Below, in pieces: positions 25,375-39,100 of a stretch of 64,000 nt of DNA. The first letter of the stretch is position 1; each line of letters begins with the position of its first letter. Both the position numbers and the translations under genes were made by a program. The DNA comes from Amphiscolops sp. MND2022 (lineage: Eukaryota), in the NCBI GenBank assembly GCA_964187785.1, contig OZ076409.1, positions 96,226,001 to 96,290,000 of the forward strand, in the 5' to 3' direction. Under the pieces are notes generated by a model. That model worked only from the letters and a program-made list of their open reading frames with translations, ran no database searches and was not told the DNA's origin.

Positions 25375-27376
25375 GGTAAAGTCCCACAGCGTCGAAAATA
25401 AATATTTGGTCCCACAAGGTCGAAACCAATTTCATTATAATTATTGAACGCTTCTGATTGGTTGAAAATTTAAGAAGGAATGAATAAAATCGTCGTCATC
25501 AATCAGCGTTTCTTAAAAAACGCTTCTGTATTCATCATGTGCCCCCAGCCCGGGCGGCAGACAAAAAAATCCAACCAACATAGGAAACATAAAAAAATAA
25601 GGAAAGGATCATGCAACCAGAGAGTTCAAAGGACCCAGGAGGAATCTCAATTCAGAAACTCAAAGAGGCATGTGAACTGGTAACGATTACGAAGCAAAGA
25701 AGACATATATTTCTTAATGAAACAAAACGGACATTAAAACGCGGACTTACAAGTAGTAAAGTTCGCTTAAGTGGTCTTCGTCCCGAACCGTTCCAACTAC
25801 ACTGGCCGCATTGCCTACCTGGATTGCGAGAGAGTCTCTGCCTGAAAAAGGACCCGGCTCTATTTTCTTGATTGCACACGCACAAATTTTTACAGAGGTT
25901 TTTCAAGGTAGACGTGGAAGGTCCGACTCCTCCCTGAATTTCAAAGGCTAACGGTTGGAAGATGTATCCTTTGTCAGTCAAACAAACGTACTTAGCCGTT
26001 TTCAATTCCTCTGCATCCTCCGCTGCTGTGCCTGGGTTCTCTATTCTACTGGGGGCGAGAAGATCGACACAAGTAACATCCCAGACTAATTGCTTGCCTT
26101 CATCCCAGGGCGCTAGGGTAATTCCATCTGGGCGCTTTCCATCTGTTCGGGTCAGACCATATGGTTCCGAAATTGAGGGAACTTTGATGGAACTCAGCGC
26201 CTGTTTCACGAGAGTATCGAGGTTGTGGTGCCTCGAGAAACGTCCCGCGCTTCTGGCACAGGAAAGACCATGATGTCCGTTCTCTTCGACAAGTTTAATG
26301 CATTCTCTTTGACAAGTTTAATGTGTTTCCCGCAAATTTTCGAACCCAGGCGGAGAAATAAGATGCGCAGTTGCTGATCTGTCAACTTCAGACCGAGATT
26401 TTTGCTTGGTACAACATTCAGCCAAGCTGAACCAAAGGGGTCTTGATGAGGATTCAGCCTTTTGACATTTTCCGCATCAAGGTCTGTTATAAGTTGATCA
26501 AAAGTAGCATCGCTCAGAGGAGAGGTCCAATGTTTTTGGATGGAGTCCGACGGTGCTTCTGTCAGGTTCGCCCTCGCCAACCATAAATCCAGAGCCTTTT
26601 CAAACGATGCATCAACATAGTCTTCCGGGAGAATACACGACAAAGCACGTTTGGCACCCGATGCTGAAGCTAAAAAAGCAGGAAGAGCAATCTGGGAAGC
26701 CGATGCAATGCCTATGCCCCCTTTGGAGACTGGGAGAATCGCTTGAGTATAGCTGCTTTCATCAAAATTCACATTGCAGATTTTGGACAATGATTTGCGG
26801 ATAATGGAATCATACTGCTGCAGGAGGTCCACCTCTTCAAAGCAAGGGCTGGTACGAAGAAAGTACAGTAGTTTAGGTAGACTAAAGCAGTTCTTCAACA
26901 AGTAGAAACCATAGTGGGCATCTAATTTTGTAACGACTTCAGATAGTTTTTGCAATGCAATGATTTTTTTGTTCAACAGGTCTCGTCGAGCACTTGCGCC
27001 CCCATTGGCGACCCTAAAATTTGGAGGATAAAATTCAATGGAGGATGAATAAAATTGGTTGATTTTGTGTGCTACACAGCGGCGAACAAATTACGATAAC
27101 GTATGTAGCTATGGTCACATACTCCTAGAGCCCTAAACGCAGGAGCGAAGCGACGTGCCATATGGCCATGCCTCAAGGTTGCTACTTGGCGAAGGGAGCT
27201 AAGCGACCGAGCCATACAACAAATATGCTAACCTCTTCAGATCATAACCTGAAAATAATCGCTGATATGAAATTTTTCGACGGTGGGACCAATTATTTAA
27301 TTTCGACGGTGGGACCAATTATTTAATTTCGACGCTGTGGGACCAAATATTTATTTTCAACGCTGTGAATACGAAC
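25375..27376. mobile_element. ~2-kb MULE-like element carrying a CRE-like RT/RLE fragment and core Y
   Basis: Direct repeat CCGTGGGCTG at 25365 and 27376. Inverted arms CACAGCGT(C/T)GAAAATAAATATTTGGTCCCAC. Confidence 0.75.
25745..27015 (-). mobile_element. CRE-like non-LTR retrotransposon 3' fragment, family B
   Basis: LLKNCFSLPKLLYFLRTSP, LPVSKGGIGI, SAWLNVVPS, RHHNLD, DGKRPDGITLAPW..LVWDVTCVD..K..KY..FQPLAFE (RLE domain). Frameshifted. Confidence 0.85.
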
Positions 27377-30300
27377 CGTGGGCTGCAAACAAATGGAAAC
27401 TTAAAAAACGATAAAGTACTACAAATACTCATTCCAGCCACTATTCAGTAGAATCAATACTGAATAAAACGCCAGAAGAGCAGCGGGGACGATTCCACCC
27501 TGAACAATTTCATTAACTACATTTTCTTGAGGCATGAGAATAGCCATTAAACTGTGATCCAGCAAATTTCGAAAGAGAGAAGAGAGTGATAGGCTTAATT
27601 CCATCAGGAATGGATTAAACTGAACGCAAATGTATGACTTATGCACGGCAAAATGACCAAAAACATTTGACAAAATAAGATCAAGAGTTCTTCAAATTTT
27701 AGAAATTATGTTCTGGCTATGATCTATATAGAGAGGGAATGTTTCAACGTTAACAAAGACGTTTTCTTTCTTCAACAAACGCTACTCACAGACCGACAAT
27801 TGTACTTGGAAAATTCTCTGCACATGTGGAAACTGTACGCCATGACCAAGCTTATGACAATTTGAGACTGGACTGATAATTGGGTGGAAACGCTTGAGCT
27901 GTTGCTCTAAATCTTATTCTACTACTACTGTCAAAAAGTTTTTTGAAACAAAATACAAGTAAATTAAGAATCAGTATGATAATACATACACATACCATGT
28001 CACATTATTTAAAAGAAACAAGTATTACAATTATTAAAAGTACGCTATCAATTATTGATGATGATAAAAAATACCATTGAATAAAGAACTAAACGGCTTC
28101 GGGCAATAAGTTCGATTTACCAAGTTCGAATTTGAACTGGTGCAATGAGTTCGAATGGAATAGTTTCGAGACACCAAGTTCGAATTTTCATATCGGGCAT
28201 ATCCGGTGTAAACTGGACATCTTTCACACAAGATCCTGAGAGCTCCACCGCCTAGGATCTAAAGGAATCTAAAAACTGAAATGTGGGGCATGGGTGGGCG
28301 GAAGTAGGTCGAAGGAACGGGATCGAAAATCAGAGTTAGTCCTCAGGTCTACATACCAAATTTTTAAATGGGATCGAAACAACTCAGATCGAAACTTTTA
28401 TAACGTAGTCAGATATGTTCACATACCCCTAGTGCCCTGAATGCAGGAGCGAAGCGAAGCGGAGCGACGTGCCATATGGCCATGCCTCAATGTTGCTACT
28501 TGGCGAAGGGAGCGAAGCAAGCGACCGAGCCATACAACAAATACGATAAAATTCGACCGCATTCCATTCGATCCCTGCAATTCGATCAAAAGGTTCGACC
28601 TCGGTCCTTTCGACCAGAAAAAATCGACCTATTTACAGCCACCCGTGGGGCATATCCGGTGTATGCACGCTCGCCCTCACCGTCGCAAAGACCAGCTCCC
28701 ACAACGATCGCTTCGCGATCTCCGTTCCCGCTAGGTCTTTGCTCCTGTTCGACCTCGCTTAGCAAGATGGGAACATAAGCGGCCCCAAGGAGCCAGGCGG
28801 AGAAATAAGATGCGCAGTTGCTGATCTGTCAACTTCAGACCGAGATTTTTGCTTGGTACAACATTCAGCCAAGCTGAACCAAAGGGGTCTTGATGAGCAT
28901 TCAGCCTTTTGACATTTTCCGCATCAAGGTCTGTTATAAGTTGATCAAAAGTAGCATCGCTCAGAGGAGAGGTCCAATGTTTTTGGATGGAGTCCGACGG
29001 TGCTTCTGTCAGGTTCGCCCTCGCCAACCATAAATCCAGAGCCTTTTCAAACGATGCATCAACATAGTCTTCCGGGAGAATACACGACAAAGCACGTTTG
29101 GCACCCGATGCTGAAGCTAAAAAAGCAGGAAGAGCAATCTGGGAAGCCGATGCAATGCCTATGCCCCCTTTGGAGACTGGGAGAATCGCTTGAGTATAGC
29201 TGCTTTCATCAAAATTCACATTGCAGATTTTGGACAATGATTTGCGGATAATGGAATCATACTGCTGCAGGAGGTCCACCTCTTCAAAGCAAGGGCTGGT
29301 ACGAAGAAAGTACAGTAGTTTAGGTAGACTAAAGCAGTTCTTCAACAAGTAGAAACCATAGTGGGCATCTAATTTTGTAACGACTTCAGATAGTTTTTGC
29401 AATGCAATGATTTTTTTGTTCAACAGGTCTCGTCGAGCACTTGCGCCCCCATTGGCGACCCTAAAATTTGGAGGATAAAATTCAATGAAGGATGAATAAA
29501 ATTGGTTGATTTTGTGTGCTACACAGCGGCGAACAAATTACGATAACGTATGTAGCTATGGTCACATACTCCTAGAGCCCTAAACGCAGGAGCGAAGCGA
29601 CGTGCCATATGGCCATGCCTCAAGGTTGCTACTTGGCGAAGGGAGCTAAGCGACCGAGCCATACAACAAATATGCTAACCTCTTCAGATCATAACCTGAA
29701 AATAATCGCTGATATGAAATTTTTCGACGGTGGGACCAATTATTTAATTTCGACGGTGGGACCAATTATTTAATTTCGACGCAGTGGGACCAAATATTTA
29801 TTTTCAACGCTGTGAATACGAACCGTGGGCTGCAAACAAATGGAAACTTAAAAAACGATAAAGTACTACAAATACTCATTCCAGCCACTATTCAGTAGAA
29901 TCAATACTGAATAAAACGCCAGAAGGGCAGCGGGGACGATTCCACCCTGAACAATTTCATTAACTACATTTTCTTGAGGCATGAGAATAGCCATTAAACT
30001 GTGATCCAGCAAATTTCGAAAGAGAGAAAGAGAGTGATAGGCTTAATTCCATCAGGAATGGATTAAACTGAACGCAATTGTATGACTTATGCACGGCAAA
30101 ATGACCAAAAACATTTGACAAAATAAGATCAAGAGTTCTTCAAATTTTAGAAATTATGTTCTGGCTATGATCTATATAGAGAGGGAATGTTTCAACGTTA
30201 ACAAAGACGTTTTCTTACTTCAACAAACGCTACTCACAGACCGACAATTGTACTTGGAAAATTCTCTGCAGATGTGAAAACTGTACGCCATGACCAAGCT

Positions 30301-31243
30301 TATGACAATTTGAGACTGGACTGATAATTGGGTGGAAACCCTTGAGCTGTTGCTCTAAATCTTATTCTACTACTACTGTCAAAAAGTTTTTTGGAACAAA
30401 ATACAAGTAAATTAAGAATCAGTATGATAATACATACACATACCACGTCACATTATTTAAAAGAAACAAGTATTACAATTATTAAAAGTACGCTATCAAT
30501 TATTGATGATGATAAAAAATACCTTTGAATAAAAAAACTAAACGGCTTCGGGCAATAAGTTCGATTTACCAAGTTCGAATTTGAACTGGTGCAATGAGTT
30601 CGAATGGAATAGTTTCGAGACACCAAGTTCGAATTTTCATATCGGGCATATCCGGTGTAAACTGGACATCCTTCACACAAGATCCTGAGAGCTCCACCGC
30701 CTAGGATCTAAAGGAATCTAAAAACTGAAATGTGGGGCATGGGTGGGCGGAAGTAGGTCGAAGGAACGGGATCGAAAATCAGAGTAAGTCCTCAGGTCTA
30801 CATACCAAATTTTTAAATGGGATCGAAACAACTCAGATCGGAACTTTTATAACGTAGTCAGATATGTTCACATACCCCTAGTGCCCTGAATGCAGGAGCG
30901 AAGCGAAGCGGAGCGACGTGCCATATGGCCATGCCTCAATGTTGCTACTTGGCGAAGGGAGCGAAGCAAGCGACCGAGCCATACAACAAATACGATAAAA
31001 TTCGACCGCGTTCCATTCGATCCCTGCAATTCGATCAAAAGGTTCGACCTCGGTCCTTTCGACCAGAAAAAATCGACCTATTTACAGCCACCCGTGGGGC
31101 ATATCCGGTGTATGCACGGTCGCCCTCACTGTCGCAAAGACCAGCTCCCACAACGATCGCTTCGCGATCTCCGTTCCCGCTAGGTCTTTGCTCCTGTTCG
31201 ACCTCGCTTAGCAAGATGGGAACATAAGCGGCCCCAAGGAGCC
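26346..31243. repeat. Tandem segmental duplication, 2 x ~2.45 kb
   Basis: 26346-28794 and 28793-31243 are nearly identical (offset 2447-2449). CC microhomology at the junction. Confidence 0.92.
28292..28644. mobile_element. MULE-like MITE with core Y (duplicated at ~30741-31093)
   Basis: 9-bp TSD GTGGGGCAT, imperfect TIR GGGTGG..TAGGTCGA. Confidence 0.85.
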
Positions 31244-31257
31244 GCGGGGCACCAGAT

Positions 31258-32900
31258 CAGGGATTGAAACTCCATGATGGCCATTACCATATATGGCCAT
31301 AAATATATGGAAATTATTTATGGCTGCACTGAGAAAAATGGACATTATGCATGGTAGCTCTGCTATATATTTCTCGGGAAGTTCATTTCGTATGTTTCTT
31401 TCAGATAGGGTCATGGATCTGCAAAACAAATCTGTTGTAGACTTCTTTACCTCTCTCGGTGATGATATGTTCAAGTGCACCTGCAACAAGAGGGTGAAAC
31501 AACCAGGCAAAAAGGATATACAAACTTGATGAGTCACTTGAAAAATGTTCACAAAGACTCCTGGGAAGATGAGTATAGGAAGTCAAAAACCAAAGAGCAA
31601 GCAGTATTGTCGTACCCTAAAGTAAACAAGAAGGCGGAAAATATTTTCCGTTGGTTGGAATGGGTGATTTTGGAGAATCGCGAGTACATTTTTGTCGACA
31701 AATCATTGGTGCGAAAGAACACTAAACTTCAGGAAGGAGTGTACGCCTTTGATCTAATTGGTTGGGTCTAATGGAATTAGATCTAACTGTTAGGTCTAAC
31801 TTTCAGATCTAATTTTATCTAAAATACTTAGGTCTAACCCCTTTAAGATCTAGTATGTGTTATGAAAGCGAAAAGATAATGTGGGGCATATGCGATGTAT
31901 GCACGCTCGCCCTCACCGTCGCAAAGACCAGCTCCCACTACGTTCGCTTCGCGATCTCCGTTCCCGCTAGGTCTTTGCTCCTGTTCGACCTCGCTTAGCA
32001 AGATGGGAATATAGGCGGCCCCAAGGGGCCGCGGGGCACTAGAGGAAATGAGGACACATCAGAGGCACGTTTTATACTTTATATCACTTTTTAGTTTTAG
32101 ATCCTAATTGACTATTTTTTTCCCAAATTAGATCAAATTAGAAGAGATTTTTAGACCTGATTATTTAGATCAATTTATTTAGATCTCAGTTTTGCCTCCT
32201 CTCTTAGATCTATTTCATTAGACCTGATTCCACGTAACCTTCAGGAAGACTCCATAACCATGCGGAAGTGCGTCGACTATTTGATTCTTTGATTTTGAGA
32301 TTTTATTCCATGTGCAAGTAACTGAGTGGACGAGCCAAAATCGTGGATAATCCTGTTTGAAGCTGCTATTGTTAAATCTTTCACTGCCCCTTATGAAGAT
32401 CTGAAACTGGCAGAGAATGTTCACCTGGGGCGCTTCAGAACCCAAACTGGAAAGGAAGCCAGTCATTCCAATGCTGTCGTTGAAACGGGCCAGAATTCGT
32501 TCGCGGAGTCCGTACTCCTCCAGAACCGGTCCCTGCTTTAAACACGATCATGAAGCTGCATTGGGTTCCTCCAACTTTCAATTATGTAGAACGTCTGTTC
32601 AGTAAGGCTAAAAACATCTGAACACCTCTGCGAAACAGGATCCTTCCAGTGAGTTTTGAGGAGTACCTGTACCTGGCTGAGAATAAAAACTACTGGGACG
32701 TCGAAACTATCTTGCTTGTCGTGAACAGTGATTGAAGTTTTCGGAAATGTTTGATTCAATTCATCATTTGTCTCTTGTTGTTTGACACCATTTATATGGC
32801 CATTATGGCCATTATTTATGGCTTCCTTCAAAAATATGGAGATTTAAGGGGGTCTTTTTCAGGTACCATTTTTATGGCCATACCATAATTCCAATCCCTG
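31258..32900 (+). mobile_element. Internally deleted hAT transposon with BED finger and C-terminal dimerisation remnants
   Basis: TIR CAGGGATTG/CAATCCCTG. 8-bp TSD CACCAGAT/CACTAGAT. Broken frames FKCTC..GYTNLMSHLKNVH (BED) and VPPT..VERLFSKAK. Confidence 0.85.
31737..32238. mobile_element. MULE-like MITE nested in the hAT, carrying core X
   Basis: Direct repeat CTTCAGGAAG at 31727 and 32239. Arms GGTCTAATG..TAGATCTA are inverted. Confidence 0.7.
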
Positions 32901-33066
32901 CACTAGATGAAATGGGGAAATATCAGAGGCACGTTTTATACTTAGTTCAAAATTCGAACAGAGTGGATGATCACGGGGGGAAAAGAAAAAGAGCACCAAA
33001 ACAGGATTGTCAGATGAAGCACCGAAGAGCTCTCAAATTAAGCACCAAAAATGGATTGTCATGTGT

Positions 33067-35650
33067 CTAGGACAGCCTACCCTCTTGCACGATTGCGCCT
33101 ATAGATGATTCTTCAATACAGTGACTACAGCGTAGAGCCCTGCATCCGCGCAGGCAGAGAATGGAGCTTCGAAGCAACGCGAAGCTGACCTTAGTTCTGA
33201 TGTAATTCATGGTCTTCGCGTAGCTTTCGAGGCTCTTTTCGCTTATCTTAGCTGCGATTCGAGACATCACTTTGGATGCTGATGGACCGGCGCCTCCGGT
33301 GCAGGCAAAGACTAGCGGGTTGAAAGAACTGTTTTCGACATTGCAGATGCGTTGTTCATATTTGCTTTTTTCAAGCGTTTCGTGGTAACTCTAGTCGTCT
33401 GGGATGTTTTTGAGACACGATTTGGCTAGCGGGTTGAAAATTTTCACATCGAAATAGGTCCTAATGAATGGGTGGGCGGAAATAGGTCGAAGGAACGGGA
33501 TCGAAAATCAGAGTTAGTCCTCAGGTCGACATACCAAATTTTTGAATGGGATCGAAACAACTCGGATCGAAATTTTTATAACGTAGTCAGATATGTTCAC
33601 ATACCCCTAGTGCCCTGAATGCAGGAGCGAAGCGAAGCGGAGCGACGTGCCATATGGCCATGCCTCAATGTTGCTACTTGGCGAAGGGAGCGAAGCGACC
33701 GAGCCACACAACAAATACGATAAAAGTCGACCGCATTCCATTCGATCCCTGCAATTCGATCAAAAGGTTCGACCTCTGTCCTTTCGACCAGAAAAATTCG
33801 ATCTATTTACAGCCACCCCTAATGAATCTGGTCTCCCACAGTCCGTTGGCTTTGAAGTCAAGTCGGGCATCGTCATCAGTCGTTGTGTTTTTTTTGTCGA
33901 AGGACTCGCCTTCTAACGGCTGAAGCTTCGGTTCGAGCTCGACATCGTAGCAGACTTTTGCCATGATGTTTGCAAAGGTGTCTCATATCTCATTGTGACG
34001 AATGTGGGTATACCCTCCCTTGGCACAGTGTAGTGAATGGGCGACTGTGAAGGGCTCTCCACATGGAAAGACGGGAATACGGGAGGAAAGTTTTTGGGCT
34101 GCCATCCATACCTCAATGCCAGTGCCAGGTCAACCTTGAGTTCTGCTTTCGTGAGGTTAAAGCCGTACCGTTGGAGGGAGAGTGCAGCAAGCCAATTTGA
34201 GGTTCCTTTGTTTGGATGCGAGGGCAATGACGTACCTCTCGTCGTCCGTCAGGGTTTCACGTAATTCTTCTATCGTCCTTTCTATGTTGTCTTTCCTTTT
34301 TTTTCGGTGTCTGGTCAGGGCTTCGCTCTGGAGTCTATCAGCTTCCACAGGATCATTCTCGTCAAGACATTTGCTGAGTTCTTGCGATTGACATAAGTCA
34401 ATCTCGCAGTCTTTTGGCATGAAGATAATCAGACCGCCATGTTTCAGTGGTAGTGAAAGAAGCTTTCTTTGCTGGTCTGCTACTTTTCGCCCGGTTATGG
34501 CGGTAACGAGGCTGGATGACACAATGCCTTCTGTTTTTTATAAGGCTGGTTGGAAGTCGGGTGTCGTTCGAGACAGGAAGGAGAGCTTAGTCTGGACTCC
34601 TCTGGCGTAGGCGTGGTAAACTTTCTACGGGGAGATTTTTGCGTGCCCCGAGAGTTTTTTGACAAGCTTGGTGAGACTTTAGACGTTGAAATACAGCAGC
34701 AAGGTCTTCTAGTTTCCCGACTGCATTGCCGTCGTCAGCGTACCATTTGTGGGTAACGTTTTCATGGCGCACTAGTTGTATCAAAGGGAGAATGGCGATG
34801 CCATACATAGCCATCGCGAGGGGATCACCTTGAGTTGTGCCTTCCTGTGAAAGGAAGACTTTGCCGTTTACAAAAAGGGTGGATGGGCTGGAGTACGAGT
34901 TTTTCAGGGCTGTTGCTAAAGAGGGGCATATTACGGCAATTGTGTGAAGTGCGAGATCTCTATTAGCAAGATCGCATCTATGGCAGTGTCTCCAAACATT
35001 GCCCTGAGAGAGTGAATCGCGTGTTCAATGCCTCCTTTCTGTCCTAGGCAAAGCTGGCTATTGCCCGAGTAATTGGAGATCGTTGGATATACATTTCAGT
35101 AAGACGCGGCCTATGATTCGCCTCAGCACTTCACCGACACCAATGGGTCAGACTCCCGGCTGCTTGTCCAAGGGAATCAGGCGACAGGTGTTGTAGGGGA
35201 CTTGGTGTTCTGAAGTAACTGACACTGAAGCAAGTTTGCTTGCGAATTCAGCTATGGTTCTGCACAGATTGACTGACGATTGATCGACATTGGTAAGGAG
35301 TCTGGGCCACTCGGTGGCGTCCAGCCCTGACGGCCCTTGACTGCTGTTTGTTCTCAGAGCTGCCTTACGGACTGCGGCAAGAGTTATTCTGTCAAAAACT
35401 GATGAATGGAAGGGTAGCGCGTGTTGTTATCTGCTTCAGTCAGTTTTTAGGCATCGGGGCTGCTTGTTGTTTTTCGCGGGGTATTTGGAGTACCGCTTTT
35501 CGTTCGATGAGATCCGTGACTGACAATACATTACCTTTTTGTTGGTCGTCAAGGCACCTCAGTGCATTCGATATCTTTCCCGATGACATGTGGGAATCAA
35601 AATCGCTGAACTCATCTCGAGTTTTGGCTCGACCTTTTAAGAGACGGGTT
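33067..35650 (-). mobile_element. Decayed CRE-like non-LTR retrotransposon, family A
   Basis: GPSGLD, LIPLDKQPGV*PIGVGEVLRRIIG, QLCLGQKGGIEHAIH, GTTQGDPLAMAMY, WYADDG, FDVKIFNP, FALLRSSILCLRG. Many frameshifts. Confidence 0.88.
33470..33818. mobile_element. MULE-like MITE with core Y, inserted in the CRE endonuclease region
   Basis: 9-bp TSD CTAATGAAT. Same family as 28292-28644. Confidence 0.88.
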
Positions 35651-36164
35651 TGAGTCTATGTCAAAAAATGGTGTTTTTAGCAGCACGTGTAGCTCGGATG
35701 AAAAAGTCGTCATCTGTAGAAATTTTGCGCGAAAAAGGAATCTGAAACAACCGGCTTGAAGAGGATTGTGTTAGCAAGAAAGTAGAAGGGAAGTTACAAT
35801 GGACGTCAATAGCTCCATTACAGAGCTTCCATAGAAAAACGTACTTAATTTGTCTGAAGTTTGACTGTTGTTTCGAGCTTGTCCGTAATGTACTGTTGTT
35901 TTTCTTACCTTTTTTGATGACATACTTACCGACAAAAGTTCTGTACTTGAGGAAATTTAGTTTGAAAATTCATTAGTTTGAAAGTAGATAAGAAGATAAC
36001 GTTGACCTTTCACAAGCCATTTCAAACGGTTTTTTGAAAACATTGTGCTTGTTGCAATAGCAGCTTTGGCATATAAATTAGTTGCTTTGTTACTCTCACC
36101 CAGACAAACGTGCAAGTAGTCGTAGTAACAAAAGGATTCTTTTAACCCCTTGGGAGAGGTAGTT

Positions 36165-39100
36165 TTACAGATGGAGAGTAAAGCAAGATGCCCGTCGAGC
36201 ACCGGGCTTTTTTCTGCTCGAAATGTAATGCATCAGCACGGGTTCGACCCCACAACCTCGTGTCTGCCAGGCACACACACTACAACTGCGCCATGGCGCT
36301 ACTTCAATTACTAGTAAAACTGCTACATAGTAGCTCCCTTGGACAACATTTCGTCTTGGTTGACTCGCACGAAAAACTTCAGTTAAAACATCCCCTTCGA
36401 GTCCCAAATCATGCCCAACAAGTTGTCGAAGATACCTTCATTACGTTTGAACCCACAGTAGCAAAGGCAATCAACTCCTTCCCCTCTGGATCTCCGGGAG
36501 GACCAAGCTCACTTGTGCCCCAGATTTAAAAAGACGGGTGACCTGAAACAGGTCGAAAAAAAACAGTCGAAAACAATCGACAAAACTGCGGTCGAAAGAA
36601 TTTGATCGAAGTCATCCAATCGAAAAATTTTATCGATAGAGCACAAAAGTATGCAACCAATCGAAACCAAATTTGATGAATCAGATCGAAAAAAGCTAAA
36701 ATCTCAAAAAAAAGGAATATAAATAAAAAACTATAAAACTAACCAGTTGTACCTGAAACAGAAACACAATTATCAAAAAACAGCTTCAAAATTACGTAAA
36801 AATGCGCATTGATATTCAATTCAGTGACAAAAATTCGATGTTGGTCCCCAGATTTGACTTGGCCGCAAGATATTGCCTCATCCCGCAACTCATTAATGAA
36901 CTCATTAACAGTTTGGGGCACACCCTTTTGAACTGTCTTTCGCTGCTTGGTCATTGTTGGCTCCATTTCACGGTAAGTAACATCGACAAGACCGCCTCGC
37001 TCGTTCACTTCTTGATATATACAACCCGAAGAGGGTCTCTAGTGGTCTCCGCTCTTCGCTTTAAACTCGCCTTAATCTCCCTTCTCTCCACTTGTCTCGG
37101 ATGAGGTTCGTGATTGTGTTCCCGACAATGGGCAAACATTCCATCTACAATTTAGGCTGTACCACGGTATCCATGTCTAACATCCACCAAGCGGAGATAT
37201 AAGGTTATGTCGTAAGATTTTTCGTTAGAATATATTTTTTCTTCGCTCACATGAACTTGAGTCCCTTTGCATGCTCCTTCCATCATGCGATAAGCCGGCA
37301 CATTTTCGGCGTTGTGATCATTCTCATTCGCCACAACCGGATTCATCTCTGCCCTGAAATCAGGCACAAGTGTAGTCGCAGGTAAGCAGATTTGCTTGCA
37401 AATTCGATTGCTTTGCAAACAAATGGAGGTTCGACCTGATTCGTTCGATCCGAGTTCTAGTGTTTTCAATTTCGACCTCAGTATCTTTCGAAATTTTCCG
37501 ACTAGAATTTTTTCGACCTGTTTCGTGGCATCCTACAAAGACCTTATCGCGAAGAACAACGGGCCCTAGGAAACGAGTCCCTCCAGAAGCTAACAAGCAA
37601 GCATACTTCTTATTGTCTCAGAGGGCAAAGTCCCTGTAGGTTTGAGAACTTTTTTCTTTGGTGCTAAACTTATCGGTCTTCGGAAAAAAGACGGCGAATT
37701 TGGACCATTTGCTGTTGCAAATATCCTGCGTCAAATATGCTCGAAATGTGAGAGTGCCTTCGCGACTGACCAACGACGGATTGACTTTCATGGTACGCAG
37801 TTCAGCTGCGGATCAAGTCGTGGAGCTGAAATCGCTGCACATGTTGTTCGAAATCTTATTGAGAACGAGCAGAATCGTGAAAACGTTATACTGAAACAGG
37901 ACTTCAGCAATGCTGAAACGTGACAGAATGTTACACACGGTTTTTCGAAAACGGTGCCAATTTTACACTTATACGCATTCTGTATATAGCGAAACCTTTC
38001 ACCTTTTTTTCGAAGAGAAAGTTATTCAATCGCAAGATTGCTGTCAACATGGTGACCCCGAATGTCCAGCTCTTTTCTCTGACACTATTCAAGACCCCGT
38101 TAGCCAAATGGTTTCACAATAAACTGTTTAGAACCACGATGACGGGAATTTTTTGGGTGACTATCGGACGTTTCTTGAGGCCCTCAAACGAATCCTTGCT
38201 AGCGCCGACGAGTATGGGTTATGACTCGAGAAAACTAAATGTTACCTGATTTTCCTCAAAAAATGTACCGAAAGCTCAAACAAAAGAATCAAAGCGCTTC
38301 TTCACGGAAATTGCCCGGGTATTAAAGTGGAGAATTGTGAAAATTTGGAATTTTTTGGATCGTCAATGGGCGCAAACAAGAAATTATTAAATTGCAAAGA
38401 CTCTCTGAAGTCGTTACGAACATAGACGCCCTCTATGGTTTTTAACTGTTGAAGAATTGCTTCAGTCTACCGAAACTACTCTACTTTCTTCGTACCACCC
38501 CTTGCTTTGAAGAGTTGGACCTCTTTCAGCAGTATGATTCCATTATTCGCAAATCATTGTCCAAAATCTGCAATGTGAATTTTAAAGAAAGCAGCTATAC
38601 GCAGGCGACTCTCCCAGTCTCCAAAGGGGCGGAGGATTTGCATCGGCTTTCAAGATTGCACTTCCTGTTTTTTTTAGCTTCAACAACGGGCGCCAATTGT
38701 GCTCTGTCGTGTCTTCTGCCGGAAGACTATGTTGATGCATCGTTTGAAAAGGCTTTGAATTTGTGGTTGACGAGGACGAACCTATCAGAAGCACCGTGGG
38801 ACTTCATCAAAAAAACATTGGACATCTCCTATGAGCGATCGTTTTATTGATCAACTTGTAGCAGACTTTGATGCGGATAATGTTAAACGGTTGAATGCTT
38901 ACCAAGACCCCTTTGGTTCAGCTTGGCTGAGTGTTGTACCAAGCAAAACTCGCGGTCCGAAAACACCAGATTAGCAACTGCGTATTTCGTTATCCCTCCG
39001 CCTGGGTGCCAAAATTCCCGAGAAACATACTAACCGTTGTGGTGGAAGAAAACGGACGTCGGAGTCTTTCCTGTGCCAGAAGCGCACGACGTTTCTCGAG

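Noticed and set aside
28425..28515. Core Y as an HDV-like ribozyme (GGCGAAGGG resembles J4/2)
   Set aside because: Could not build P1 or P1.1 pairings by eye.
28441..28778. Recurring short ORFs (MQERSE.., MAMPQCC..) in core Y copies
   Set aside because: Frames and ends differ among copies through indels, so they are not conserved as protein.
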